In this document: piece after piece, positions 13,801-26,756 of the stretch | Position numbering within the stretch: position 1 is the stretch's first letter | Layout: every line of letters begins with the position of its first letter | DNA from: Macrostomum lignano | Lineage: Eukaryota | Length of the DNA: 64,000 nt | Reading direction: 5' to 3' | Assembly (NCBI GenBank): GCA_002269645.1 | Contig: NIVC01000070.1 | Location: forward strand, 372,001 to 436,000 | Position numbers and translations under genes: made by a program | The notes under the pieces: generated by a model | What the model saw: only the letters and a program-made list of their open reading frames with translations | Told to the model about the DNA's origin: nothing | Database searches by the model: none

Positions 13801-16800
13801 CAATCACCACTCGCAGGTGCGCAGCGTCGGTAACTCGCTGACTCTGCACGAAACCGCCCTAGTGGAGGCCTTCAACCTGAAGGCGGCCATCGAGTTCAAT
13901 CTGCACAACGTCGCCCAAGCCCAGGACGCCCTGACCGACATGCCGCCGAGAAGCGAGGAAGAGCTGGACCCCGTCACGCTGCACAACCTCGGCCTGATGA
14001 ACATGGAGGCCGACGCTGCCGGCGGATTTCAACGCCTCCAATTCCTGCTACAGCAGGAGAGCTTCCCGCCGGAGACGCTGGGCAACCTTCTTCTGCTGTA
14101 CGTGAAGTTTGATTATCACGATTTGGCAGCCGACGTGCTGGCCGAGAGCACCGAGCTGGCCTACAAGCTCCTGCCAAGCTACCTGCTCGACTTCCTAGAG
14201 GCGGTCATCCTGTGCCAGACGGCCCCGGAGGAGGCCTACAGGCGGCTGGACGAGATGGCCACCAGGCAGACGGAGACGCTGCGCAAGCTCACCAAGATGG
14301 TGCAGCAGGCCAGGCAGAAGCACGATGACGAGGCTGTGAAGAGGGCCGTCAACGAGTACGACGAAGGTGAGCGCCTCTGCACCGCGCCCGCCTGCTGTCC
14401 ATTCTCTACCGCCTCTCGCTCTCTCTCTCCCCCTCTATTGATATCTACTCTCACTCCCCTTATCTGCATTGACATCTATTCTCACTCCCTTATCTAAATT
14501 TACATCTATTCTTACTCCCTTATCTAAATTGACATCTATTCTCACTCCCCTTAACTGTATTGACATCTATTCTCACTCCCCTTATCTGCATTGACATCTA
14601 TTCTCACTCCCTTATCTAAATTGACATCTATTCTCACTCCCTTATCTAAATTGACATCTATTCTCACTCCCTTATCTAAATTGACATCTATTTTCACTCC
14701 CTTATCTAAATTGACATCTATTCTCACTCCCTTATCTAAATTGACATCTATTCTCACTCCCCTTAACTGTATTGACATCTATTCTCACTCCCTTATCTAA
14801 ATTGACATCTATTCTCTCACCCTTATCTAAATTGACATCTATTCTCTCTCCCTTATCTGCATTGACATCTATTCTCATTCCCTTATCTAAATTGACATCT
14901 ATTCTCACTCCCTTATCTAAATTGACATCTATTCTCTCACCCCTTATCTGTATTGATATCTATTCTCTAACCCCGTATCTGCATTGACATCTATTCTCAC
15001 TCCCCTTATCTGCATTGACATCTATTCTCACTCCCTTATCTAAATTGACATCTATTCTCACTCCCTTATCTAAATTGACATCCATTCTCTCACCCCTTAT
15101 CTGTATTGATATCTATTCTCTAACCCCTTATCTGCATTGACATCTATTCTCTCCCCTTATCTGCATTGACATCTATTCTCACTCCCTTATCTGCATTGAC
15201 ATCTATTCTCACTCCCTTATCTGCATTGACATTTCTTCTCACTACCCTTATCTGCATTGACATCTATTCTCACTACCCTTAACTGTAATGACATCTGTTC
15301 TCACTCCCCTTATCTGTATTGACATCTATTCTCACTCCCTTATCTAAATTGACATCTATTCTCACTCCCCTTATCTGCATTGACATCTATTCTCACTCCC
15401 TTATCTAAATTGACATCTATTCTCACTCTCTTATCTAAATTGACATCTATTCTCACTCCCCTTATCTGCATTGACATCTATTCTCACTCCCTTATCTAAA
15501 TTGACATCTATTCTCACTCCCTTATCTAAATTGACATCTATTCTCACTCCCCTTATCTGCATTGACATCTATTCTCTCCCTTATTTACATATTCTCACTA
15601 TTCTCACCTACACCCAGCTCTGGAGCGCTATATCCCTGTGCTGATGCAGCAAGCCAAAATCTATTGGGACCGAGAGAACTACCAAGAAGTTGAGAAGATT
15701 TTTCGCAATTCGGTAGAATTCTGCAACGATCACGACGCCTGGAAACTCAACGTTGCTCACGTGCTGTTCATGCGTGAGAAGTACAGGGAGAGCGCCAGCT
15801 TCTACGAGCCAATTGTGAAGAAGAATTATGAGAACATCATGGGAGTAAGCGCGGCCGTTCTTGCCAACCTGTGCGTGTCCTACATCATGGTCAGCCAGAA
15901 TGAGGATGCTGAAGAGCTGATGAGGAAGATTGAGAAGGAGGAGGAGCAGGTGAGTGACACCTGGTTTGCTAGTTGATCTGGATTGTCTCTTCCAGGTCAT
16001 TTCATCTGTGTCTCTGTCATCTCATCTGTGTGTCTGTCATCTCATCTGTGTAACTGTTATCTCAACTGTTTCTCTGTCAATTTATCTGTCTGTCTGTCAT
16101 CTCATCTGTGTCTCTGTCATCTCATCTGTGTCTCTGTCATCTCATCTGTGTAACTGTTATCTCAACTGTTTCTCTGTCAATTTATCTGTCTGTCTGTCAT
16201 CTCATCTGTGTCTCTGTCATCTCATCTGTGTCTCTGTCATCTCATCTGTGTAACTGTTATCACAACTGTTTCTCTGTCAATTTATCTGTCTGTCTGTCAT
16301 CTCATTTGTGTGTCTGTCATCTCATCTGTGTGTCTGTCATCTTATCTGTGTGTATGTCATCTCATCCGTTTGTCTGTCATCTCATTTGTGTGTCCGTCAT
16401 CTCATCTGTGTGCCTGTCATCTCATCTGTGTGTCTGTCATCTCATCTGTGTCTCTGTCATCTCATCTGTGTGTCTGTCATCTCATCTGTGTGTCTGTCAT
16501 CTCATCTGTGTCTCTGTCATCTCATCTGTGTGTCTGTCATCTCATCTGTGTGTCTGTCATCTCATTTGTGTGTCTGTCATCTCATCTGTGTGTCTGTCAT
16601 CTCATCTGTGTCTCTGTCATCTTATCTGTGTGTCTGTCATCTCATCTGTGTCTCTGTCATCTTATCTGTGTGTCTGTCATCTCATTTCTGTGTCTGTCAT
16701 CTCATCTGTGTGTCTGTCATCTCATCCGTGTGTCTGTCATCTCATCTGTGTGTCTGTCATCTTATCTGTGTGTCTGTCATCTCATTTGTGTGTCTGTCAT

Positions 16801-19800
16801 CTCATCTGTGTGTCTGTCATCTCATCTGTGTGTCTGTCATCTCATTTGTGTGTCTGTCATCTTATCTGTGTGTCTGTCATCTCATCTGTGTCTCTGTCAT
16901 CTCATCTGTGTGTCTGTCATCTCATCCGTGTGTCTGTCATCTCATCTGTGTCTCTGTCATCTCATCTGTGTGTCTGTCATCTTATCTGTGTGTCTGTCAT
17001 CTCATCTGTGTGTCTGTCATCTCATCTGTGTGTCTGTCATCTCATCTGTGTGTCTGTCATCTCATCTGTGTGTCTGTCATCTCATTTGTGTCTGTCATCT
17101 CATCTGTGTGTCTGTCATCTCATCTGTGTCTCTGTCATCTTATCTGTGTGTCTGTCATCTCATCTGTGTCTCTGTCATCTTATCTGTGTGTCTGTCATCT
17201 CATTTCTGTGTCTGTCATCTCATCTGTGTGTCTGTCATCTCATCCGTGTGTCTGTCATCTCATCTGTGTGTCTGTCATCTTATCTGTGTGTCTGTCATCT
17301 CATTTGTGTGTCTGTCATCTCATCTGTGTGTCTGTCATCTCATCTGTGTGTCTGTCATCTCATCTGTGTGTCTGTCATCTCATTTGTGTGTCTGTCATCT
17401 CATCTGTGTGTCTGTCATCTCATCTGTGTCTCTGTCATCTTATCTGTGTGTCTGTCATCTCATTTGTGTGTCTGTCATCTCATTTGTGTGTCTGTCATCT
17501 CATCTGTGTCTCTGTCATCTTATCTGTGTGTCTGTCATCTCATCTGTGTCTCTGTCATCTTATCTGTGTCTGTCATCTCATTTCTGTGTCTGTCATCTCA
17601 TCTGTGTGTCTGTCATCTCATCCGTGTGTCTGTCATCTCATCTGTGTGTCTGTCATCTCATCTGTGTGTCTGTCATCTCATTTCTGTGTGTCTGTCATCT
17701 CATCTGTGTGTCTGTCATCTCATTTGTGTGTCTGTCATCTCATCTGTGTGTCTGTCATCTCATCTGTGTCTCTGTCATCTTATCTATGTGTCTGTCATCT
17801 CATCTGTGTCTCTGTCATCTTATCTGTGTGTCTGTCATCTCATCTGTGTGTCTGTCATCTCATCTGTGTGTCTGTCATCTCATTTGTGTGTCTGTCATCT
17901 CATCTGTGTGTCTGTCATCTCATCTGTGTCTCTGTCATCTCATCTGTGTGTCTGTCATCTCATCCGTGTGTCTGTCATCTCATCTGTGTCTCTGTCATCT
18001 CATCTGTGTGTCTGTCATCTTATCTGTGTGTCTGTCATCTCATCTGTGTGTCTGTCATCTCATCTGTGTGTCTGTCATCTCATCTGTGTGTCTGTCATCT
18101 CATCTGTGTGTCTGTCATCTCATTTGTGTCTGTCATCTCATCTGTGTGTCTGTCATCTCATCTGTGTCTCTGTCATCTTATCTGTGTGTCTGTCATCTCA
18201 TTTCTGTGTCTGTCATCTCATCTGTGTGTCTGTCATCTCATCCGTGTGTCTGTCATCTCATCTGTGTGTCTGTCATCTTATCTGTGTGTCTGTCATCTCA
18301 TTTGTGTGTCTGTCATCTCATCTGTGTCTCTGTCATCTTATCTGTGTGTCTGTCATCTCATTTCTGTGTCTGTCATCTCATCTGTGTGTCTGTCATCTCA
18401 TCCGTGTGTCTGTCATCTCATCTGTGTGTCTGTCATCTTATCTGTGTGTCTGTCATCTCATTTGTGTGTCTGTCATCTCATCTGTGTGTCTGTCATCTCA
18501 TCTGTGTGTCTGTCATCTCATCTGTGTGTCTGTCATCTCATTTGTGTGTCTGTCATCTCATCTGTGTGTCTGTCATCTCATCTGTGTCTCTGTCATCTTA
18601 TCTGTGTGTCTGTCATCTCATTTGTGTGTCTGTCATCTCATTTGTGTGTCTGTCATCTCATCTGTGTCTCTGTCATCTTATCTGTGTGTCTGTCATCTCA
18701 TCTGTGTCTCTGTCATCTTATCTGTGTATGTCATCTCATTTCTGTGTCTGTCATCTCATCTGTGTGTCTGTCATCTCATCCGTGTGTCTGTCATCTCATC
18801 TGTGTGTCTGTCATCTCATCCGTGTGTCTGTCATCTCATCTGTGTGTCTGTCATCTTATCTGTGTGTCTGTCATCTCATCTGTGTCTCTGTTATCTCACC
18901 TGTTAGTCTGTCTGTTATCAGCCGTCGATCCATGGGTATTTCTCACAACTTTTATGAATGAATTCTAAATTCAAAAGCGGAAAATTTTCTCGAAAAATAA
19001 TTCCTTAAACAGGTGGCCTACGACGACCCAGACAAGAAGATCTTCCACTCGTGCATAGTGAACCTGGTGATTGGCACTCTCTATTGCTCCAAAGGCAACT
19101 ACGAGTTTGGAATCAGTCGAATTATCAAAAGTATGGAGCCTTACCAGAAGAAACTGGGCACTGACACCTGGTACTACGCCAAGAGGTGCTTCTTGTCACT
19201 GTTAGAAAATCTAGCCAAGCACATGATTATACTCAAGGACTCAGCGATTGAAGATTGCGCCAAGTTTCTCGAGCTCTGCGAAAGTAAGTGCGGCTTGCGG
19301 CTTTCGACAAATACTTTTCAGTTTTGCTGTGCCAGTCTCCTATGGGTACATGATTCTACTGACACATGATCCTACTGACATGATTCTACTGACATGATTC
19401 TAATGACACATGATCCTACTGACACATGATCCTACTGACATGATTCTACTGACACATGATCCTACTGACACATGATCCTACTGACACATGATCCTACTGA
19501 CACATGATCCTACTGACACATGATCCTACTGACACATGATTCTAATGACACATGATTCTACTGACACATGATCCTACTGACACATGATCCTACTGACATG
19601 ATTCTAATGACATATGATTCTACTGACACATGATTTTACTGACACATGATCCTACTGACACATGATCCTAATGACACATGATTCTACTGACACATGATTC
19701 TACTGACACATGATTCTACTGACACATGATCCTACTGACATGATTCTAATGACATATGATTTTACTGACACATGATTTTACTGACACATGATCCTACTGA

Positions 19801-20901
19801 CACATGATCCTACTGACACATGATCCTACTGACACATGATCCTACTGACACATGATCCTACTGACATATGATTCTAATGACATATGATTCTAATGACACA
19901 TATGATTCTAATGACACATATTCCTTCCTACTGACACATGATCCTACTGACACATGATTGTACTGACACATGATCCTACTGACACATGATCCTACTGACA
20001 CATGATCCTACTGACACATGATCCTACTGACATATGATTCTACTGACATATGATTCTAATGACACATATTCCTTCCTACTGACACATGATCCTACTGACA
20101 CATGATCCTACTGACACATGATCCTACTGACATATGATCCTAATGACACATATTCCTTCCTACTGACACATGATTCTACTGACACATGATCCTACTGACA
20201 CATGATCCTACTGACACATGATCCTACTGACACATGATCCTACTGACACATGATCCTACTGACACATGATCCTACTGACACATGATCCTACTGACACATG
20301 ATCCTACTGACACATGATCCTACTGACACATGATCCTACTGACACATGATCCTACTGACACATGATCCTACTGACACATGATCCTACTGACACATGATCC
20401 TACTGACACATGATCCTACTGACACATGATCCTACTGACATATGATTCTAATGACATGATCCTACTGACACATGATTTTAATGACATATGATCCTACTGA
20501 CACATGATCCTACTGACACATGATTGTACTGACACATGATCCTACTGACACATGATGCTACTGACACATGATTCTACTGACATATGATTCTAATCATACA
20601 TATTCCTTCCTACTGACACATGATCCTACTGACACATGATGCTACACTCACATATGATACTACTGACACATGATCCTACTACTGATACAATATCCTACTG
20701 ACACAATATACTGGCACATGATCCTTTTGGCACGTTTTCATGCGGATAAATGATTTCAACCCCTCTCTAGGATACGGCTACGATGTCAAAGCGTTCGTGG
20801 AAAATCCGTTGGCCCAGAAAGACCCGCAGCCTGGCAGAAATTCGGTCACCTTCGAGGCCCGCGTGCTCAGATCGATGCTGTTCGCAATCGCCGATGTCTG
20901 A
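11978..20901 (+). CDS. IFT70: Intraflagellar transport protein IFT70/TTC30 (fleer/DYF-1), TPR protein, ~647 aa; exons 11978-12265, 13046-13417, 13817-14366, 15618-15949, 19013-19283, 20771-20901
   Basis: Near-continuous match to TTC30 motifs: [125 protein letters not shown]. All five introns are GT-AG with consistent phases; total 1944 nt. Confidence 0.97.
12340..12950. repeat. 22-bp minisatellite (AACACCTGACACCTAAATCAGT) switching to AACACCTGACACCCTAATTGGC; IFT70 intron 1
   Basis: Direct tandem copies; the unit type switches at ~12720. Confidence 0.95.
13452..13802. repeat. (AACT)n microsatellite with GACT variants; IFT70 intron 2
   Basis: About 85 tetranucleotide copies ending ~14 nt before the acceptor at 13816. 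Confidence 0.97.
14440..15600. repeat. ~30-bp minisatellite (TTGACATCTATTCTCACTCCCTTATCTAAA); IFT70 intron 3
   Basis: About 38 copies, ending just before the acceptor at 15617. Confidence 0.95.
16000..18900. repeat. 20-bp minisatellite (TCTGTCATCTCATCTGTGTG); IFT70 intron 4
   Basis: About 145 copies; explains the three >880-aa spurious ORFs. Confidence 0.97.
19345..20720. repeat. 16-bp minisatellite (TGATCCTACTGACACA); IFT70 intron 5
   Basis: About 85 copies with variants TGATTCTAATGACAT and ATATTCCTTCCTACTGAC. Confidence 0.97.
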
Positions 20902-22610
20902 CGACTGAAATGTTTTTAAGGCCTTAAATATGACATATTAAATGTAGCAAATACTATTGATTGGAAATTTCAGTACTGATTAATTGAATTTTATTATAAG
21001 CAGATCATGACAGTCACACGAAAAATTTGTAACACAATTTTTTTGGTATAGTTTCTTAGAAATGCTGATTTCCTTGAAGTGCTTTACTTTTTCAACTTTG
21101 CTTTATTTATCATAACTGTTTTGCCTTTTTTGAGCTTTGCGATAAAATAGAATTGATTTTTGTTTAACTGCTCAACTAGAAATGAATTTGATTTTCGCTC
21201 TGGAAGTTTGCTACGACTTGTTGGTAAAATTTATCTTGAACAAAAAGTTGTACTTTGTAATCAAAACGTAGATATTTAGTTAGTAAAACAAAAAATGCTA
21301 GAAAAGAAAAATATCGTAAAAGATTTGAATGAAAAATAAAAAAAGGATAATGTGGACTTTCGCAAGTATATAAATTTTTTAGACGAAAATTTTCAAATTT
21401 GAAATGGCAAATTTTTGTTATATGTTTTTCGCTTTCAATGCGCGCATTTTTCTTTTTGCTTTTTCACCCGCTGTGTCTGAGTTTGCGCAAATTTGCGTTC
21501 ACGAATTGAAATAAACTTGAAATGAAAGAAAATAAAACAAAAAATGTTTTAAAAAATTTTGTAACTCCCATTATTGTTGTTTAATCGAATTTGCATGTTA
21601 CTACTGACGAACGCTACTAGCCAGTAGTACAGTACAGATTATTAAAAAAAAACCCTACTCTAAACATCGATCAGAATCTGCTAAAAATGCTCTGAGAAGC
21701 CACGGACGGCGCTAATTCCATATATGAAGGCTTGCCGTCTCCTCACTGACCCCGGAATTAGGATTAGCTAAAGCGATCAGATTGCAGGTGGGGCAAGGCT
21801 ACAATTTTGTGCGTGCAATAACAGGAAACTCAGGTGCGATCTAATTACTGTGGGATGCTTAGTTTCATCATACAAAGCAGGCCGATCTGAATACATGAAA
21901 AAATAGGGAAAAAATAATTGCGAGCGCCAGAGCTGGGCAGACCTACAGGCCGGCTTAAAAAAATGAAGTATTTTTATAATGGAATTTTTTTTCAGTTTTT
22001 TTAATGGAAAAACAAATTTGAGCCTTCCTGCATCAGCGTCACAATTTTAAACATTTTAAAAATCCTTTTGAATGCTTAAAATGGTTGCCCAGCGTTTTAT
22101 AGAAAAGTCTGCATAGATTAGATATGGATTAGGTGATTAACATTTTTTTAGCGTACCTGGTATATTCAAAAGTTTTTATGCAGAGTTGTGAAAAACATGT
22201 TTTTTTTAATTTAAAGGTAAGTTAAACTTGGAAACTCGAAAACAGCAAAGATTAAAATTAAAAGCATTTTTGTTATAATTTGAAGACGATTTCGTTTTGC
22301 GAGAATAGCAATGCCATCTCAAACCGAATGCTACATCAGTTATTAATTTGGACGCGTATTCAGTCAGCCAAACTAGTAGGCCAAAGACAGGTAGGCAGCT
22401 ACAGGAGATACATGCAGAAAGTTTAACAACAGGCAGCTGCAGATCTCTCTCGAACAAAGAACGAGTGCCATTGGCTCGGCTCAAAATCAAAGAGATGAGC
22501 CAATCAGAACGAAGCCGAAAAGCTCTATCTAGCTTGCATAGTTGCTAACGCAGGCAGAAACGCAGAAGTCCACAAATCAATACAATACGCCAGGGTAAAA
22601 CTGTAAGCGC

Positions 22611-24826
22611 ATGAGCATGACAAACTTAAGCGTTTTGGCTGTAGCTGCTGGCGCAGGCAGCTGGGGGCATCGCTACAGTCGGAATGAGCGAATTGTCTAT
22701 GGCTGCCTTGGAGCGGCCCTCGGCTGCTACATCACGGCTGTAAACATGGCCATCCTGATAGCGTTCGCTCGCAACCGGCAGCTTAATAGGGTGCCGGGAC
22801 ACTCGCTGATCCTCTGGTTGATGGTTGCCAGTGATGTCATGATCGGCTGCTGCGCGCTGCCAGGTTAGTTAGTTAGTTAGTTTGATGTATTCGCACATGA
22901 TCCTACTGACACATGATACTATACTGACACATGATCCTACTGACACTTGATCCTACTGACACATAATTCTAATGACACATATTCCTTCCTACTGACACAT
23001 GATCCTACTGACAGATGATCCTACTGACACATGATCCTACTGACACATAATCCTACTGACACATGATCCTACTGACACATAATCCTACTGACACATGATC
23101 CTACTGACACATGATCCTACTGACACATGATCCTACTGACACATGATCCTACTGACACATGATCCTACTGACACATGATCCTACTGACACTCTGCCCCAT
23201 CCCCGCCAGGTTACCTGATTGACACGCTAAGCCAGCCAGTCTGGCCGCTGCCAATGTGGACCTGCGACCTGTGGATTCTGTGCGATTATGTCAGCACCAA
23301 TGTGGGGGTTCTGAGCGTCACTGCGGTGGCATTCGACCGGTTTTTGGCAACCAACTGCGTGTTTCTGCACAAGCGCTGGATGCACAGGACGAACCAGCTG
23401 CGGCTCTGTGCGGGCCTCTGGTCCTTCACCGTGCTGAGGAATTTCCTCGTGTTTCCCGTCTGGGTGATCGCCACCGACTATCGGGCCAAGCAAATGCGGA
23501 TGAGCAATGGCACCAAGGTCGCGTGCTCGCACCCGATTTATGCTAACACCTCGGCAGCTCTGGCTCAGCGGACGGTGGCCCTGTACCTGCCTATCGCCCT
23601 GCTGCTGTTTTTCTATGCCGCTGTGGTGTTCCGGATTTTACAGAGCGCCAGGCGGACAGGAACAGGCGGATGCCGAGGAAGTCTCAGGGTGAGATTTTGA
23701 CGTTTTTGAATGGAAGTCTCAGGGGGAGACTTTGAGGGCTTTTTGATCGACGTCTTATCAGACACTAGATGCCAGTATTATTTGTTAGAATGGTTAAGCC
23801 CTTGGTAGGGTCATAACTAACACTGCTAGACACAATTGCAGCACTAACACCTGTTAGACACAATGGTCGCTAACACCTGTTAGACACAGGGGTCGCTAAC
23901 ACCTGTTAGACACAAGGATCGCTAACACCTGCTAGACACAAGGGTCACTAACACCTGTTAGACACAAGGGTCACTAACACCTGTTAGACACAAGGGTCAC
24001 TAACACCTGTTAGACACAAGGGTCACTAACACCTGTTAGACACAAGGGTCACTAACACCTGTTAGACACAAAGGTCACTAACACCTGTTAGACACAAGGG
24101 TCGCTAACACCTGTTAGACACAAGGGTCACTAACACCTGTTAGACACAAAGGTCACTAACACCTGCTAGACACAAGGGTCGCTAACACCTGTTAGACATT
24201 CCCTCCAAACCCTGCAGAAGAACATCGCAACAGCCAACGGTCCACTGAGTGACGACCCCGCAAGCGGCCGCTGCACCGCCCAGGCAACTTCAGCAGCGCC
24301 CAGGCATCGAGCCAGCAGCGCCACGGCTCAGCAGCCGAACAGATTCGGCAAGTCTTTCCGCACAGTCACCTGCGTTCTGACGTCATTCCTGCTGGCCAAC
24401 CTGCCGTGGCACGTGCTGGACAACCTGATCATGACAGGGCGCAGCAGCATTAAGAAAACGGACTCAATCTACATCACCTCCTGGATTCTGTGCTACGCCA
24501 ACGCCTGCCTCAATCCGGTGTTCTACACCTTCATGAACCAGAAGTACCGCCGGCTGCTGCTCCAGAGAGCCGTGGTCGGCTGCCTCGGTCGGGGCAGCGG
24601 CGGCGGCGGCACCGGCACCCCGTCAGCTTCGGCGATGCCCGTCACAAACCGGTCAAATCAGCTGACTCCGCTACGACTCAACGACGGCGAGAGGACCAAC
24701 GACAACTACATCGAGCCGGGATGTTGGTGTCGGAGAAGGCAATGGCCGGGCGAAAAATCGGCAGTTGGTGAGGCGCGAGACGCAGCCGAGATGCTGGTAT
24801 TGGAGTGCGTCGTTACAACGGTCTGA
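22611..24826 (+). CDS. Class A (rhodopsin-like) GPCR, aminergic, muscarinic/histamine-receptor-like, ~446 aa; exons 22611-22863, 23210-23688, 24218-24826
   Basis: TM1 Asn (ITAVN), TM2 ASD, TM3 CDLWILCDYVSTN..AFDRF (cf. muscarinic CDLWLALDYVASN..SFDRY), TM5 ALYLP, TM7 LCYANACLNPVFY. GT-AG introns in phases 1 and 0; total 1341 nt. Confidence 0.9.
22895..23190. repeat. 16-bp minisatellite (TGATCCTACTGACACA); GPCR intron 1, same unit as IFT70 intron 5
   Basis: About 18 copies, ending ~19 nt before the acceptor at 23209. Confidence 0.95.
23818..24198. repeat. 26-bp minisatellite (CTAACACCTGTTAGACACAAGGGTCA); GPCR intron 2
   Basis: About 14 copies; internal inverted CTAACA/TGTTAG; ends ~19 nt before the acceptor at 24217. 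Confidence 0.95.
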
Positions 24827-25745
24827 CTAACGGCTTGGTTTAAAGAACTATTCATCGATCAGCAACTTCTGGTACACGTGCGTCCAGAATGACTCCATGA
24901 TTGTTGCTACGTGTTAGATAACGATCTGTGACATGTAGAGTAACATTTAACTGTAACTATTAGTCAGATAGCCTGTTAGGTTGGCGTTTACCCAGCTTTT
25001 GCAAGAAATATTTACTGACTAGCTACATAACCGAATATCTCCGCAATAGCTAGTCATCCCGATAAACAAGTGAAGCTGCTCATTGCATTGGCATGAAGTG
25101 GCAGTACCAGAGCGTCCTTAGCCGATCATGGCTCAGCATCTGCAGATCCTCTTCACATCCAATTGACTTGCCAATAATCGGCAACCGAGCTTACATTATC
25201 ATCAAATAAGTGCATATTGGGCCAGCCGCTATATGGGCTCATCCTAATGTGAACGCTGGGCAATAACTCCAGACTTGTTGGAAGCACAATTAACAAGTAG
25301 ATTATCAGTTGCAGTCGAGCATAACAAGGACGAACAACAGTTATCACCAGATGGATTTTATTAAGAAGTTACTCACCGATATTGCAGCAGATTTAGTACA
25401 AACGAGCCACTAGCAAGCAGCCATCCCCCTTAGAGTTCATCTTTGATTCGATTTATTTTTCAACTCGACACTGCATTCTGTACACATACAGTGCATGCAC
25501 TCTGTCGCATTTGCGAGCTGGCTAAAATGTATAATATTCTAGCTTGAGTATTCCCAGATGAACAGTAAGAACCGTTTTTAATTTTCCAGACCACACGGGA
25601 TCAAAGATTCTCTAAAAGACAGATCTCACAATCTAGTCGTCACATCGAACGTAACCACTTTTCGAACGTACTCCGTATTTTTGCTACGAGAAAATGGAAC
25701 ACACCACCGCTGGTAACACATGTAATTGCAAAACTTCAATATTTT

Positions 25746-26217
25746 TAACTGCAGGTTGCCCTTCCGAACAGGTGACATCTCTGTCTAACTGCAGGTTGCA
25801 CATTCGAACAGGTGACATCTCTGTCTAACTGCAGGTTGCACATTCGAACAGGTGACATCTCTGTCTAACTGCAGGTTGCACTTCTGAACAGGTGACACAT
25901 CTGTCTAACTGCACTTTCCACTTCTGAACAGGTGACATCTCTGTCTAACTGCAGGTTGCACTTCCGAACAGGTGACATCTCTGTCTAACTGCAGGTTGCA
26001 CTTTCGAACAGGTGACATCTCTGTCTAACTGCAGGTTGCACTTTCGAACAGGTGACATCTGTCTAACTGCACTTTCCACTTCTGAACAGGTGGCATCTCT
26101 GTCTAACTGCAGGTTGCACTTCCGAACAGGTGGCATCTCTGTCTAACTGCAGGTTGCACTTCCGAACAGGTGGCATCTCTGTCTAACTGCAGGTTGCACT
26201 TCCGAACAGGTGACATC
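25746..26217. repeat. 40-bp minisatellite (GAACAGGTGACATCTCTGTCTAACTGCAGGTTGCACTTCC), intergenic
   Basis: Unit starts at 25766 and 25806; ~11-12 copies. Confidence 0.95.
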
Positions 26218-26756
26218 ACAATATAGCATATTCCTTGATCAGAACGAAAGCATGGGTAAACAGTAACATCTATGTTTATAAAAGTGTTAGAATTTGCAGC
26301 CAGGCAAAAAATCCCATTTGCACCAGCAGCGAATGCCCGGAGTTGAGAGCTGTTCGTTCGTTCTCAACCTCGGAGAGAAAAATCTGAGCATCCTGCCCCT
26401 TCCTATTGCAAACTCAATTTGCTAAACATTTTCGAAAAAAACTCCCCGACACGCAATGGAGGAACTGGAACAGGAGGGAGATGAGAAAGAATCGAGTCTT
26501 GAGACTTTAGCAGGGCTTAGCAAAATTTTCGACAATAATCTAAATGAATGCATCAGCTAAAATGCAAACAGATAGATGCACAAAAACTGATGCGTGTTTT
26601 TTATTTTTGTTAGATAAATCTTCAAAAGTGTCTCTGTTAATGAATGATGCACAACATTTTCAATTAAAAGGACTGAATTCAAGCATTGTTAAGTGTAGCA
26701 TGCAGTCATGTCTGCTAGGAGTTGCTGCTTCTGGCTTGCTCTCGTTTTACAGTAGC

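Noticed and set aside
16108-18968. Three ORFs of 886-932 aa (Cys/Ser/Val/His-rich)
   Set aside because: Read-through of a stop-free 20-bp satellite inside IFT70 intron 4; all three frames give the same periodic peptide.
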